From NCBI GenBank assembly GCA_965112735.1, contig OZ218951.1:1550001-1614000 (forward strand): 64,000 nucleotides of DNA. Reading direction: 5' to 3'. The DNA comes from Phaeosaccion multiseriatum. Taxonomy: Eukaryota; Protista; Ochrophyta, other classes. A program made the translations under genes and the position numbers. Positions 13,321 to 32,676 of the stretch are shown here, one piece after another (within the stretch, counting starts at the first letter, position 1; every line of letters begins with the position of its first letter). Under the pieces are notes generated by a model. It ran no database searches and was not told the DNA's origin. It saw nothing but the letters and a program-made list of their open reading frames with translations.

Positions 13321-14778
13321 TCATGCCATCTCCTCCGCCATATCCTGCAGCACCTCAGCGCTAACCTCTCTCTGGGACACCTTCCGCCTCCCTTCCTTTC
13401 CAAAGCGAAGGTCACATATCCGCATCAGGTCGAAAGGGCTTTGTGAGGCGAAGTGTTGCCTGTCCACGGTCTGAAGCCACTCGATTGTATCTGCCTCGGA
13501 ATTCCGTTGTGCGACCCTCAGGCTTTTCTCCATTGAGGCCCCTCCTGAGAGCAGCTCCAGTGCCGCCTCTCTCCTTTTTTTACATGCTGCAGCATACAAA
13601 GGCAGCACACTGGGGTCCGCACCACCATGGTGAGGATCAGCCCCCGCAGAGAGCAGCACACGAACGGTTGCCGCTTGACCCGATAGAGCAGCCAAGCACA
13701 AAGCTGTGAGTCTGGTACAACTTACTATCTCTACATCGGCACCTCCTGAGATGAGTTCCTCCACGACATGACTATGGTCGCCGTGAGATGCCAAGAATAT
13801 GGGCGCAATCCCTTCGCCACCCATCCCATTTACGTCTGCCCCAGCCTTGAGAAGCGTTCGCACCACACTTCTGTGCCCTTGAGCACACGCTTCCATCAGC
13901 GCAGTTCTCCCAACCGGACCATTCCTGCCCTCGACTTTAGCCCCAGCAGTGAGGAGCTGACGTACGATGGAGATATGACCATACCGACTCGCAGAGCCAA
14001 GCGGGAAAAAACCACGCCTGTTTTCCACATTCGCATCTGCCCCAGCTGTTATGAGCTGACGTACAATAGTGCTATGACCATACTCGCTCGCAAAGCCAAG
14101 CGGGAAATCACCACCCCTGTTTGCCATATTCGCATCTGCCCCGGAGGTCAGCAGCAGCTCCGTGATCCTATCGTGTCCTTTGTCGAGTGCCAGCATCAAG
14201 GGGGTGAAGCCTGAATGCGTATCACCCACGTGGTTGGGAAGAGCCCCAGCTAAGAGCAGCTGCTGCACCACAGCATGATGCCCCTCCGACGAAGCAAGGT
14301 GCAAGGCAGGGCCTGTTGTACCAGCTAGGTTGGGGTTGGCACCGGCGGATAGCAGCTTTTCCACCAGCACCACAGATCCTAGAAAGGAGGCAGTCATTAG
14401 GGGTGTAGTGCCATCCGTCGTTGCTGCGTCGACCTCAGCACCAGCAGAAAGGAGCTGTTGAATTACTTCTCCGGGGCTCAAAAGACTACATGCAAACCCC
14501 AACGCAGTGTTGGCATGTGGAAGCGATCGAGCATCTGGCGACCCCCCCTCCTGCAGCAAAACAGCAATGATGTCACATCTCCCTCTGAATACCGCTGAAT
14601 GCAGGGCAGGATATTCTTTTCCGTCGAGGGGCTCGTCCAAGCATGCCCTCCTTCCTCCGTTCTTCGCGACGAGGGCCCTCGCAGCGGCTTGCACCCTTTC
14701 GACGCTGTGATTGCCTGTGATGGCTCTATGCAGGCGGGTGCCTTGAGAAGAAGGGGTGGGGGTTGACACTGAGTGCAT
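13321..14778 (-). CDS. Intronless ankyrin-repeat protein, about 11 repeats
   Basis: Repeated G-x-T-P/A-L-x-x-A...GH..(I/V)V..LL..GA motifs, e.g. GTTPLMTASFLG, GFTPLMLALDKGH, GRTALMEACAQGH. Start taken at MHSVSTP (14778); the upstream open frame has no recognisable domain. Confidence 0.88.
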   Translation of the reverse strand: MHSVSTPTPSSQGTRLHRAITGNHSVERVQAAARALVAKNGGRRACLDEPLDGKEYPALHSAVFRGRCDIIAVLLQEGGSPDARSLPHANTALGFACSLLSPGEVIQQLLSAGAEVDAATTDGTTPLMTASFLGSVVLVEKLLSAGANPNLAGTTGPALHLASSEGHHAVVQQLLLAGALPNHVGDTHSGFTPLMLALDKGHDRITELLLTSGADANMANRGGDFPLGFASEYGHSTIVRQLITAGADANVENRRGFFPLGSASRYGHISIVRQLLTAGAKVEGRNGPVGRTALMEACAQGHRSVVRTLLKAGADVNGMGGEGIAPIFLASHGDHSHVVEELISGGADVEIVSCTRLTALCLAALSGQAATVRVLLSAGADPHHGGADPSVLPLYAAACKKRREAALELLSGGASMEKSLRVAQRNSEADTIEWLQTVDRQHFASQSPFDLMRICDLRFGKEGRRKVSQREVSAEVLQDMAEEMA

Positions 14779-14981
14779 GATTTTACTGTAAGGAGGGGAA
14801 TGTCTTCCTGCCACTCGTTCACTCGCTCTCAGCGAACGGTCAAAGGGAGTGTGTGCGTACGAGGGAGTAGACAAGTCGTCGTCGGAAAAAAAAATGGCCG
14901 TCTTTCGCAAAATGGCAAAAAAGACCAACAGTGGCATTTTAACACAGGTTTCATCCGTCTGCTTCTCTGCACAGGCACAGG
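14779..14981. promoter_or_regulatory. Putative bidirectional promoter (ankyrin / kinesin-4)
   Basis: Inferred divergent start codons about 200 bp apart; no core motif identified. Confidence 0.45.
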
Positions 14982-22306
<7,325 letters not shown>

Positions 22307-23913
22307 GTGAGTAACTGAGGGATTTGTCGGATAAGGGAATGGAAGGAGAGCCCTTTTCTCGGGGCATGTGTGTGTGCGTGTGCGTGTGCTGCCCGTGGGT
22401 ATGTGTATGTGTATGTGTGTACTGTCCATGTCCATGACGTGTAAAAAAAAAAAGCGCTTTCTTTTTATTGTCATAAGATAGCAAGTTCCCACCCCTCCCC
22501 GGGCTTAGCTCGCTGAAAGGAAGGTAGGCATGTGCTGTGTGTCCTGAGTGATCGCCCTGCGATGGCCCCACACGAGCAGGCGCCAAGAGAAGAGGCAGGG
22601 AGCGCCCCACAATGCGGGATGATGATGATGATGATGATGAGTGGAAGTGCCCTTGTCCGGGCCACGCAGCAACAAGCGAAGCGCACACACCCACGTTCCA
22701 TTCACCAGTCTCCCGCCAACGCTGGTGTGGCCCCCGCCGCCGGAGGCAAGCAAGTTGGGGACACTTCAGTCCTCAGCCCCCCTCCCCGCCCCGCTAGGTG
22801 TTGGGGATAGCAGATGCAGATTAGGGCCCTCCACACGCACGCACGCTCGCAGCGCGTTCCGCCCGCGCCTCTTCCTTGCTTTCGCCGTCCCCATGCTCTC
22901 CTCCAGAACCGCCCACTCCTCCTCCTGCTTCTCGTCGTCAGCATCATCACCCCCTCCATCTGAAGCGATACCGGTGGTAGGCAGATACAAAGTCTCCAAC
23001 CATGCTCTCAACGCTGCCCCCCTTCCTCTTTGTGCGGACCGCACAGAAGGGCAGTACTTTCACCTTCCTCCGGCCTGTAGTCACCACCACGCCATTCGAC
23101 AGCTCTGTGTCTCGAACGCCCAGGCAGACTGCGGCAGCCTCAGCCCCACCACCCTCCAGCTCCCTCCACAGACCAGCGGGCAGCTGAACCTCGTCCCCGA
23201 CATGGAGCCCCAGCCCCGCAACCAATCCTTCCCAACATTCCTCCTCCTTGTCGTGCTCCTCAATAGTCTTCCTCCTTGGTTGGAAATCTTGCCCTCTTCC
23301 CTCCGCCCCCACGAATGTCGGTTCGCAGCTCGTCGCTTGGATCCAGATGTATGTTGAAGCCCCGCTTCCTGCTGCTCTGTTCTCTCTCGTTTCACTCTCA
23401 CGTGTCTGGCGCATATCCCACCCAGTCCACCTCGGGCTTGCTTGTCGCAGCCCCGTTCGCTGGGGCGTGTGATGGAGGGGGGTGTGGCCGTCCGTTTCAC
23501 TTCATCCCCTGCCGTCCATCCATCTACTGCCATTCATCCTCTTCCACTCCATCAATTGGAGGGTGCTCAGAGGAAACAGGAAACACTCCCCGCTCTCCTC
23601 TGCGCGGAAAGGGACGCGTTCCCGACGGTTCGCCGACTGGTCCAACCGAGAGAAGGGCAATCAATTAAGCGAGAGACCGGACAGACACTGGGGTGTGTCT
23701 GTGAGGAAAGGCAGATGCCTTCCTCTCTTGTCACTTGTGCCGTCCTTTCGAAGCGCATACCGGCAGCTCTTGCGATGGTGCGACGTTCTCTCCTGACCGG
23801 CATACCGACAGACAGAGCGTCAGACGCACAAGGTGAGCCTTTCGCCTTCTCGCCCTTCTCGCTCTTCTCGCCTTTGGGTGTTCCATGCGTATCAGTATCA
23901 GCCCCGTCCATCG

Positions 23914-24992
23914 TCAGCCATTGCTGCCGTGCCCCCTGCTGCTGCTGCTGTTGTCACTGCTACTGTTCGTCGCGGTGAGCAGGTGCTGGAGGTACGGGGC
24001 GTCAAGAAAGCCGTCGGCCGCCTGCCCAGGCCACTGCGACACCGCATACGCTCTCGCCTCTCGGGCTTCGGCATCGTCTCCATGCGTGATGGTGGACATC
24101 ATGAGCTTGAAAGGGTGAGGTAAATAACAACAAGAAGAAAAAGAGAGGAAGAGGGGTGAGAAATGACTGGGAAACCATGTCAGACACCCACACGTCCACA
24201 TTACGTACACACACGTTTACCCTCCCTCCCTTGCCTCTCTTACTTCAAAGGCACGACTGTCAGCGTATCCAATGGGCCTACACACTTGCTCAGAAAGGCG
24301 CCCGTGGACTGCTTCCTGCCCTCTCTCTCTCTCACCTGTTTTCTCCAGGTATCCCTGCTCACCATACCCACGATGTCCCCCATCCAGCGAAGGTACTCGT
24401 GAGGGGCAGGTGTGGTGTCATTTTCATCGTCCTCGCTCCCCCCCCCCCCCTCCTCCGCCTGCCTTTGGTGCTGGTACAAGGCCAACAGCGCCCTTCCCGC
24501 CGGGCCTCTGTGCAAGGCCCAAGCTTCCTCCAGCAGCTGTTCCATCCTCTCCAGATCATCCTTCAGCTGCACGAACAGCAGGCGCAGCATCCGATGCACC
24601 CTCTCCGTCTCTTCCACGTGCTTCCTCAGCAAAGCCTCGCCGAGACCGGGAATAGCCCCCAGCGCCCCGAGCTTGGGATTGGCGTCGTAGTCCCCCGATG
24701 ATGGGGAGGAGGAGGAAGAAGTCTGCATCAAGGACGCGGCTCTGTCAAGCACGTTCGACAGCGACGACAGCGCCGCCCTAGAATCCAGCTCGCTCTGCTT
24801 CCATCTCTCCAGCTGTTTTTGGCACGCCCACACGATCAACAAAGGATTATCAACGATAGGAGTTGAACCTTTCTATCTCCTTAAAGCACTTTCTCTCCAC
24901 CTTTTCCGCCCCAAAGCACATACCTCGCTCACCAGCTGCCTCCACAAGGCTCGATACCGCCGCTTGGCCTGCTTGAGCTCCACAGCACTCAT
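23914..24992 (-). CDS. C1orf109/AIRIM-like protein (putative AFG2/SPATA5-complex 60S maturation factor), 3 exons
   Basis: Phase-0 exons 24992-24924, 24812-24336, 24105-23914. Motif order W..S...LSSLSN, LGAIPGLGEALLRK, PAPHEYLRWMGDI, RKQLMMSTITHGD...W resembles the C1orf109 family as recalled from memory. Confidence 0.65.
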
Positions 24993-25116
24993 CACAAATC
25001 ACAAGCGAGAGAAAGGGGGGGGAAAGAGGAATTATTTGAAGCCAACAATTCTTAAGCCATCAAACCTTCCTCATCGCTTCTTCAAAACGCGCCTCTCTCT
25101 CCTCCCCTCCTGCCCA
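24993..25116. promoter_or_regulatory. Putative bidirectional promoter (C1orf109-like / GST)
   Basis: Divergent start codons separated by 124 bp. Confidence 0.55.
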
Positions 25117-27117
25117 ATGCTTATTCTAGCTCCAGTCGTTGGCTGGCTAGCCGCATCGTCTGGTACCACTGCAGCTCGGACTGGTGGGGGATGTTCGTCT
25201 CCGTTGTTGACAGGAAGGAGGGCGGCTATGGCAGCAGGGATGAAAGGAGGGGCACTAGCCGCGGCTGCAGGCGCAGCAGGCGAGAACGAGTACACCCTCT
25301 ACATCAGTGACAACTGTCCGTATGCGCAGCGAAGCTGGTGAGTCGGAGCACGGAACGTAGGGGAGGAGGGAGAGGTAGACGGGGAGGGAGGAGGGAGGAA
25401 GGTTGGGAGAAAGAGAGGGAGGCAACATGATGATTGATTGGGCTATGCCCGCGTGAAACGCTGTTGTGTATGTGTGTGCGCGTGTATGTTGTGTGTGTAT
25501 CCTGTGACTATTCTACGCAACAGGATCGCTGCCCGGGAACTGGGCGTGCCCTTCGAGCTCCGGCCCATGGAGCTTGGCAAAGACAACAAAGCGGTGCGTG
25601 ACTGAGTGATGTGTCGACCCAGATCCCCCCCCTCCACCCTACCTTTATCTCACCTGCGACCGACGGGGTCCGGCGACTTGGCTGGCCTGCACCATCCGAG
25701 ACACGCTCCGTCTAACTAGGGGCATTGTCTCTCTTCCTCTCTTCTCTCTCTCTCTCTCTTCTTTCTTTCTGTGCGTACTAACGCTGCTCACTCGCCCCAC
25801 TCCACAGGACTGGTACCTGAAGATCAACCCGTTAGGAAAAGTGCCCTCTCTGGTGAAAGACAAAGACGTGGTGTATGAGAGCCTCGTAATCAATGAGTAC
25901 CTCGTGGATGCTTTCGGCCAAGGTGAGTAGGAACGAGGCAGGGAGGATGCTATCAGGAGATCTGTCTGTTGCAGGTTGGCGGTATCGTAGGAGGCTGATG
26001 GATTGTACCCCCGCCCTGTCTTGCCTTCCCCCTCGACCGCCACCACCACCACCACCACTACCACCCACAACCATCACCACTGCCACCACCACGACGTTCG
26101 CAGACAGCAGTGGCCTCATGCCTGCATCTCCCGGCCTCAAGGCCAAGGCTCGGATCTTGATTGCAGGCTGCGATAAGTGGAACACGTCTTTCTTCTCCTA
26201 TTTGTCCAACAAGAAGGATGTGGAGGGCGGTGAGGAGGAGGAGGAGAAGAAGAGGAAGGCATTCGAGGACTCCCTCATGGCAGTGGAGAAGCAATTGGCT
26301 GTCTCCAGTGACACTCCTTGGTAAGAACACCCCTCCCACCCCCCCCCCCCGTCCTCCTCGTCGTCCTCCTCCTCCCTTCCTCTTCCACCCTCTCCTCGCT
26401 GTTGCCACATCTCGGCTGGCTGGGCTGTTCGAGAGAGTGCGAGACATGAGAAGAACGAACACACCCAAAAGCAAAGAGCCTTTTCAGCAAGTGCTGCCCC
26501 TCCTTCCCGTCGATCGCCGCCCACCCACCCCCCTCTCCTCCCGTCTCCTATTGCTTTGTTATCCCCAAGGATGCTCGATGGCTACGACGACTTGAGCCTC
26601 GTGGACGTTACCTACTTCCCCTTCTACGAGCGGGTGATGGCCATACTGTCAGACTTCAAAGGGTGGGCGCTAGAGGGGGGCGAGGGGTCGCGGGTAGAGT
26701 TACCTCTGACGCTCAAGTGGATAGAGGCTTGCAAGGAGAGGGAAAGCATCAAGGATACCATGAAGGATCCCAAGGTTGGTGGCTTGACGCCGTGTGTGTG
26801 CGGCGGCTCACAGTGGGGGGAAGGGTGCGCGAATTGGAAACGCGTCTCCCTCTCTCTCTCCCTCTCGCTCTCCGTATCCCTTCTTTTCAGTGCATCTCTC
26901 CCTCTGTCACCTCCTTTCTCTCTTCGTCTATTGTCCTCTATCTCCTCCCCCTCTTACTCTATCCCACTCTGTCTTTCCCTTTATCTCTCCCCTCATCATC
27001 TGCCTCCCTCTCTCCCTCCACCTCCCTCCCCCCCCTTCTTCTCACGTCTCTACCTCCCTCTCTCCCTCTGCCCCTCTCTCTCAGATATGGACTGAGATGT
27101 TCAAGCGGTTTGTGTGA
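25117..27117 (+). CDS. Cysteine-type glutathione S-transferase (omega/lambda-like), 6 exons, with an N-terminal extension
   Basis: Exons 25117-25337, 25524-25593, 25808-25922, 26104-26320, 26570-26774, 27085-27117. Active site CPYAQR, INPLGKVPSL, YESLVINEYL, and C-domain SLVDVTYFPFYER. Confidence 0.9.
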
Positions 27118-27643
27118 ATCAAGGCGTAGATATCAAGAACGTCAGGTCGGAAACCCTCTAAAGGGAGAGCATGCTGTGATGCATCACAGCACAAACCTCT
27201 CCTTTGGTCGAGTAAAGTCACATACAAGAGAGGCGAGATTGGCGGAGACACTGCAGGCGGATGTGCCGTCGGCCATGGGATGAGCGGGGCGCCACTTGCA
27301 TGCACGTGGTGAGATTGAGGTCCTTGGGACGGCGGAGTGGGTGACATGGCCGGAGCCGATGAGAACGACGACGAGGAGGACGAGGAGGAGAAAGTAATGC
27401 TCATCAGCGTCCCTCACTCTTTGGTTGGCATAGAAGGGGATGTCCAACTGTAGTATAGAGCGATGCCATGTGTCCAATGCTCTGCTGATCGGAGCGCGGC
27501 TGCAAGTTGAGGGCGTGAGAGAGCACGACGCGTTCCCCGCTACTGTAGGCTCTCATTTAATTTTAAAATGGACACGACGAACACTTCGGCGTTTTGGAGG
27601 TCATGCGGATGCTAAACCTCACCCCTCCACATTCCAAACTGAC

Positions 27644-28495
27644 ATGTCTTCTCGTAACCGAACGTGTAGAGTGTGCGCGGAGCCTCATTCCCGGCTCAGG
27701 TGCGGCGCTTGCCGCGGCCCACGGTATTGCTCCGGCGACTGCCAAATGAGAGATTGGGACGCAGGGCACAAGATAGAGTGTAGGATGCTGCGACACCGTG
27801 CGGGGGTGAGGACGGTTCTGCCCATCCTGGATCGAATCGAGTTTGCGCGGGTGCTTGGCAGCGGCGGCGGTTCGGCGGGAGGCGTCGCAACGATGGGCTC
27901 GGGCGCCGCGCCCATGCTCCTGGACAAGGCATCTGTGAAGATCCGCGACGAGGGCGGGGGACCCACTGCGGAGGGGGGCAGAGCTGCTGCTTCTTCTGCC
28001 TCTGCCTCTGGGGCCCTTCCCCCGGTCCTCCGCCCACTCACTGCGGAAGAATGGGCGGCACCAGCCTTCGACACCGATCGCATTACTATGGGCGAGGTGC
28101 CTTACTGGGTGACAAATCGTCAAACCAGGGCCACTGCATGGAGCCCGGCCTTCCACAAGGCGTACGTCGCGCCGGACGGCAAGCCCTTCTTCAGCGTGGA
28201 AGACCTTCTTTTCGGCGTGGTGGTCGACTTTGAGGGAGAGACGCAAAGGGCATGGGGCACTACCGCATGGGGGGCGTACACCGATGACTGTGTTTGGGGT
28301 GGTCTCCAAGCATACGATGGCTTCGATGGCTCCCCCGTCAGCAAGCCGGGTCCAAAGTCGGGCTTCATCTTCCAGCTTGTTTGGCACCCAGTCGGGCCTC
28401 CTCCTCCTTCTCCTCCGCGCTCCGGAACGGCGCGCACTACTTCCACCGGTGCTGGTACTGGCAGTGTCGGGGCAGAAGGGTGCTTTGGTCAGTGA
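27644..28495 (+). CDS. MYND-type zinc finger protein, apparently single exon, with an unknown C-terminal domain
   Basis: CRVC-x8-CGAC-x4-YCSGDCQMRDW-x3-HKIEC just after the Met at 27644. Confidence 0.8.
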   Translation: MSSRNRTCRVCAEPHSRLRCGACRGPRYCSGDCQMRDWDAGHKIECRMLRHRAGVRTVLPILDRIEFARVLGSGGGSAGGVATMGSGAAPMLLDKASVKIRDEGGGPTAEGGRAAASSASASGALPPVLRPLTAEEWAAPAFDTDRITMGEVPYWVTNRQTRATAWSPAFHKAYVAPDGKPFFSVEDLLFGVVVDFEGETQRAWGTTAWGAYTDDCVWGGLQAYDGFDGSPVSKPGPKSGFIFQLVWHPVGPPPPSPPRSGTARTTSTGAGTGSVGAEGCFGQ

Positions 28496-28809
28496 CGATT
28501 TGATTTGAGGAGGACTCCTCGAGACCTAGGAGTGGGCGAGGGCAAAGGGCGAGCAGCCTACTTCACACCTCCTGAAAGGAAGGAAAGCGCTCCCGCCAGG
28601 CGGGCCGCCAGGCGGGGCCAGCCGGATGCCCAGCCAGTCAGCGCAGCTGTGTGGAGCACACAAGGTACAAGAAGCAAGAGATTAAAGGGAAGACATGTTA
28701 AGACGGGGAAAGGAGAGGAGGGGATTTGTTTGGCGGAAGAGCGGTCGATTGGTCGGGTACTTGCTCCTTCTATCATGAGAGCAACGGCACTGTAGCGCAC
28801 ACAGGTGGA

Positions 28810-28811
<2 letters not shown>

Positions 28812-28844
<33 letters not shown>
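28812..28844. repeat. (AT)n microsatellite
   Basis: Directly visible. Confidence 0.95.
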
Positions 28845-28847
<3 letters not shown>

Positions 28848-29124
28848 GAGGCAGCAGCTGCTGCTACGCCCGTGATTTTCTCGATAGTTTTCATGATGTG
28901 TTACCGCTTGCTGCACTCAGCAAGACTCGCTGGCCTATGCCACCCGTCGCTCCGCCGGGTCCTCCTGGACTTGCTCCGCGTCCATCTCGTGCTTCGCGGG
29001 ACCTAGCGGGAGGCGGATACCACGGAGGCCTCTGGAGGCCTCCATTTTTTCCCCAGGGGGCCCACCCCACACCTGAAAAAAAGTTCCCCGTGCCTCTTCC
29101 CTCTCTCGTGGCAAAGGTTTAGAC

Positions 29125-29425
29125 CCCCTCGTCCCCTCTCCAGACGCCTGCCCCGGAGCCCGTAGCAGATTTACCAACGCCGGTACCAGTAGCTCCGGTA
29201 AGCAAGGGCTGAGCATGGTGGAGCATTCCCGAATATCACACCTCTGTCCACCTCAGTCGATTTGGCCTTAACGCCCTCACCCCTCTCGTCCCCTCACCCC
29301 TCTCCAGACGCCTGCCCCGGAGCCCGTAATAGATCCACCAACGCCGGTACCAGTAGCTCCGGTAAGTAAGGGCTGAGCATGGGTGTATCACACACCTCAG
29401 TCGATTTGGCCTTAACCCCCTCTCT
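29125..29425 (+). repeat. About 164-bp direct duplication, each copy containing a 54-nt AG/GT-bounded exon-like unit
   Basis: ctctccag|ACGCCTGCCCCGGAGCCCGTA...GTAGCTCCG|gtaag at 29144-29197 and 29308-29361. Confidence 0.88.
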
Positions 29426-29856
29426 CGCGTTCCTGTTGTCTTTCAGATTTACTCCTTCTTCGTTGGATTAGCAGAACAGGCTTGTAGGAGAAGGAGGGGG
29501 GGGAAGGAGAGCTCCAGCGCTTGAGGGCCTCGCTGAGCCGGCTGCGCGACGATGTGAGTACTCCCCACCCCAGTAGCAGCAAGAGCTTAGAGCTTACCCA
29601 GCCTACTCTCGGACTCTTGGTGCTGGTTGGCGTGTGGCTCGTCCTTGCTTTCTGGAGTTATCCGCTCACTTGAGTCATGAATTGAGAGCCGTCTCGACGC
29701 GGTCGCCTCCAATCTCTGGCTCGCTGCTGCTTTGGACGCGGGCTTGAATGGGCTGTCTCCCCCGAGCCTTTGTCCTCCGCCTCTCCTCCCTCACCGCCTT
29801 TCTGTCTCAAAGCTCTGCTTCGCTCGCTCTCTCTTCTACTATGACGGACGGCTTAC

Positions 29857-32350
29857 ATGGGCAGGTCATCCGAGGAGAGTGCGACGCGGGAAGACCAGCT
29901 TCGCATGGAGAAGCTTCTCCAGGCTCTGCCTGAGTCGTCGTGTATCGCGGCTTTCCTTGAGACCCACTCGAACACCATCATGGGCTTGCTTGGCCTGCAC
30001 GCCATTCGGGCCCAGGACCCTCACACGGGTGCCATAATCTTCGAGGCCGGTGACGAGCAGGCCCGACATCATGAACCCATCATGCTCGGAATCGTGGGCC
30101 GCTCCTTTGGAGTGCTGCATGGGCCCTTACGTGCCTATGCGTGTATATCGAGCAACAGCCTGAACCTCGTACTGACGAGGCTATCAAGGGCACATGATCT
30201 TCCTGACACTACGCTTCGCGCACAACGTCAAGGAAGTGATCTCGCCGCTTTTCTCCAGCAGATGCAGCAGGAGCTTCGCCCATGGAGCGACCCCGAACTT
30301 GGGCTCATCTCTACCCTGGGGGACCACCTGCTCGCCGCTGCAGACGCCAAAAGCCTGGAAGACGCCCGCGCTGGCTTGGTGGAGAGCAAATTCCGGAAGG
30401 ACACCGCGCAGGAGAAGAGCCGCAGTAATCACGAGGTGTGTGGTAGCTGACGGGAAAGCGTGCTTTGAGACAGCTTGCGGTTGGAGACAGAGAGTTGCCT
30501 ATCCTTAGACTCATTCTTCTTCCCTCTCTACCACACCCCTCCTTCGTTTGCTTGCATTCGCGTGCCTGGCGTGATAGTTCTTCGCGCACATGTCCCACGA
30601 TCTGCGGACGCCCTTCCACGGTGAGTTCAAAACGAGTCCCATTGCCGTGCCCACCAGCAGCCGATTGGCCTCCCCCGCGTCGTCCCTGTTCCCAGCTACG
30701 CTCACCCTCGCGTTTCACCCAGAGTCGATACGCGGGCTGACTTGCCTTTCTCATCTCTACTTCCTCTTGTTCTCCCTTCTCGCTCCGCAGGGCTCATCAG
30801 CGCGGTGCGAATCGTCCGTGAAGACCGAAGCATGAGCGAGGTAGAGCGGAACGACTTTCTGGACACGGCCTTGCGCAGCGGGGCCACCATGCTCCAGACA
30901 CTTGACAACATTGTCGACGTCTCCAAGCGCAAGCACGAGGTGCGTCGGTCTTTCTATAATGTGCGACCGCCGTTGCCTTGTTCCTCAGCCCTCATTCCAT
31001 ACTCTTCCTCCTCACACTCCTCTCGCCCCTTTCGTCGCTTGTACTGGTGCATTATCCAAGGCGCCCGAAGCCAGCAACTTTGATTTGGTGGGCGTCTTGT
31101 CCAACGAAATGGAAGGCATGCGAAGCTTTGCCAGCCTCTCGGGCATCGTCCTCGGAGACACGTACTCAAGCAGCGCACATGTATCGGTGCGAGGGGACAT
31201 GGTCGGACTGAGGCACATCGCGTCCAACCTGGTCAACAACGCCGTCAAGTTCACACCCTTTGGCGGTCGGGTGACGGTGACTGTGGACTTTTGCGATACG
31301 CTGACGGAGGCAATGGAGCAGTGGCATTCTGCGGCTCAAAGCTACCCGTTCTCCAGGATTCCCGATGCTGCGTCAGCCGAGTCGCCCTGCCCTACGCAGG
31401 GCCGCCGCTTTGGATGGTTGATGCTTACGGTGACCGACACCGGCTGTGGCATCCCCGGCGATAAGCTGGAGAGCGTTCTGTCGCCGTACGTATCCATTGG
31501 GTCCACCAAGATGTACGAGGGCACTGGGCTGGGTCTGCACATTTGCAGGGTCAACACACGCGACATGGGAGGCTACTTGGGAGTGGCATCAGAGGTGGAC
31601 AAGGGCACCATGTTCTGCTGTATGGTGCCCCTCGAAGTCGTGGCTCCTGAAACTGTGCAAGTTTCACCCCACAGTCTCCTCAGCACAGCTGAAAAGCCCG
31701 ACCCGTCCAGAAGCTACCTCACCGTGCTGGTCGATGACAACACGACCAGTGTCAAGCTAACCAGCTGGACTATCCTACACGCTTTGGGCTGCAACACGGA
31801 GGTGCTTACGGCGGACAATGGCAAGGCCGGCTTTGAGCTGGTGCAGCGGTTATTCGAGGAGGGCCGCGTCATTCACGGCATATTCATGGACTACCACATG
31901 CCCGTCATGTCCGGGGCGGACTGCATCGCTGCCATTCGCCGCTTCGAGGCTGAAACTGAAACTGGCGGGCGGCGGGAAACCCCCATCGCAGCATTTACTG
32001 CAGACGTGACGGAGAAGTCAAAGCATGTGCTACTAGCGGCAGGAGCCACGATGATCATCACAAAGCCTGTGGGCAAGAATGAGATTGAGGAGGCATGCTA
32101 CACGATGGTCTCTGCTGGAGATGCGGAAGCCGCCCCACTGGCAGCAGCGCCCACCTCTCCTGAGGAAAGACAGCTGCCCGCCCCGGCCAGTGGTGAGGAA
32201 CTGCCCGCCCCAGGGGGCGCCCAGCCCACGGACGAGCCACTTCCAGCCCGGGCCACTGATGAGCCCCTGCCCGCCCCGGCCACTGGTGAGCCGTCGAGCC
32301 CTCGTTCACCCCCACGGCCGCGACGGAGGCCATTTTGCGCGTGCTTTTGA
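29857..32350 (+). CDS. Hybrid sensor histidine kinase (HisKA + HATPase_c + receiver); 5' exons unresolved, possibly from about 28937
   Basis: Exons ~29865-30435, 30578-30620 (H-box MSHDLRTPFHG), 30791-30939, 31061-32350. N-box NLVNNAVKFT, G1 DTGCGI, G2 GTGLGLHI; receiver LVDDN, FMDYHMPVMSG, FTAD, ITKP. Confidence 0.9.
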
Positions 32351-32676
32351 GTACCGAACACGGGTATCTCCACCACGCACCGCGCCGCACAGCTCTGGCA
32401 CCTTGATTGAATGCTGCGCCAGCCGTGGGCGACCACCTTCAAGCGGAGCTCTTGCTCGAGCCCTCGTGGCACGATGCATCGTCGAGGGCGGGCGGCACCT
32501 GTGACAAGATACACCTTTTCCCTCTCCGCTTGTTGGTTGTGTTGATTCCGGGCTGAGACAAACGCACTCGATAGTCTTAGTCCTGCGCTGCCCCTATTGT
32601 ACCATGACATCGGCCCTGTTCCCTTCAGTATCCCTTCAGTAATCAGACCTGGTGCCAACCAATATCAAAACTCACA

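Noticed and set aside
22500-23900. Possible gene between the kinesin and the C1orf109-like gene
   Set aside because: Several 100-240 aa ORFs, but no recognisable domain or consistent splice model; it cannot be excluded.
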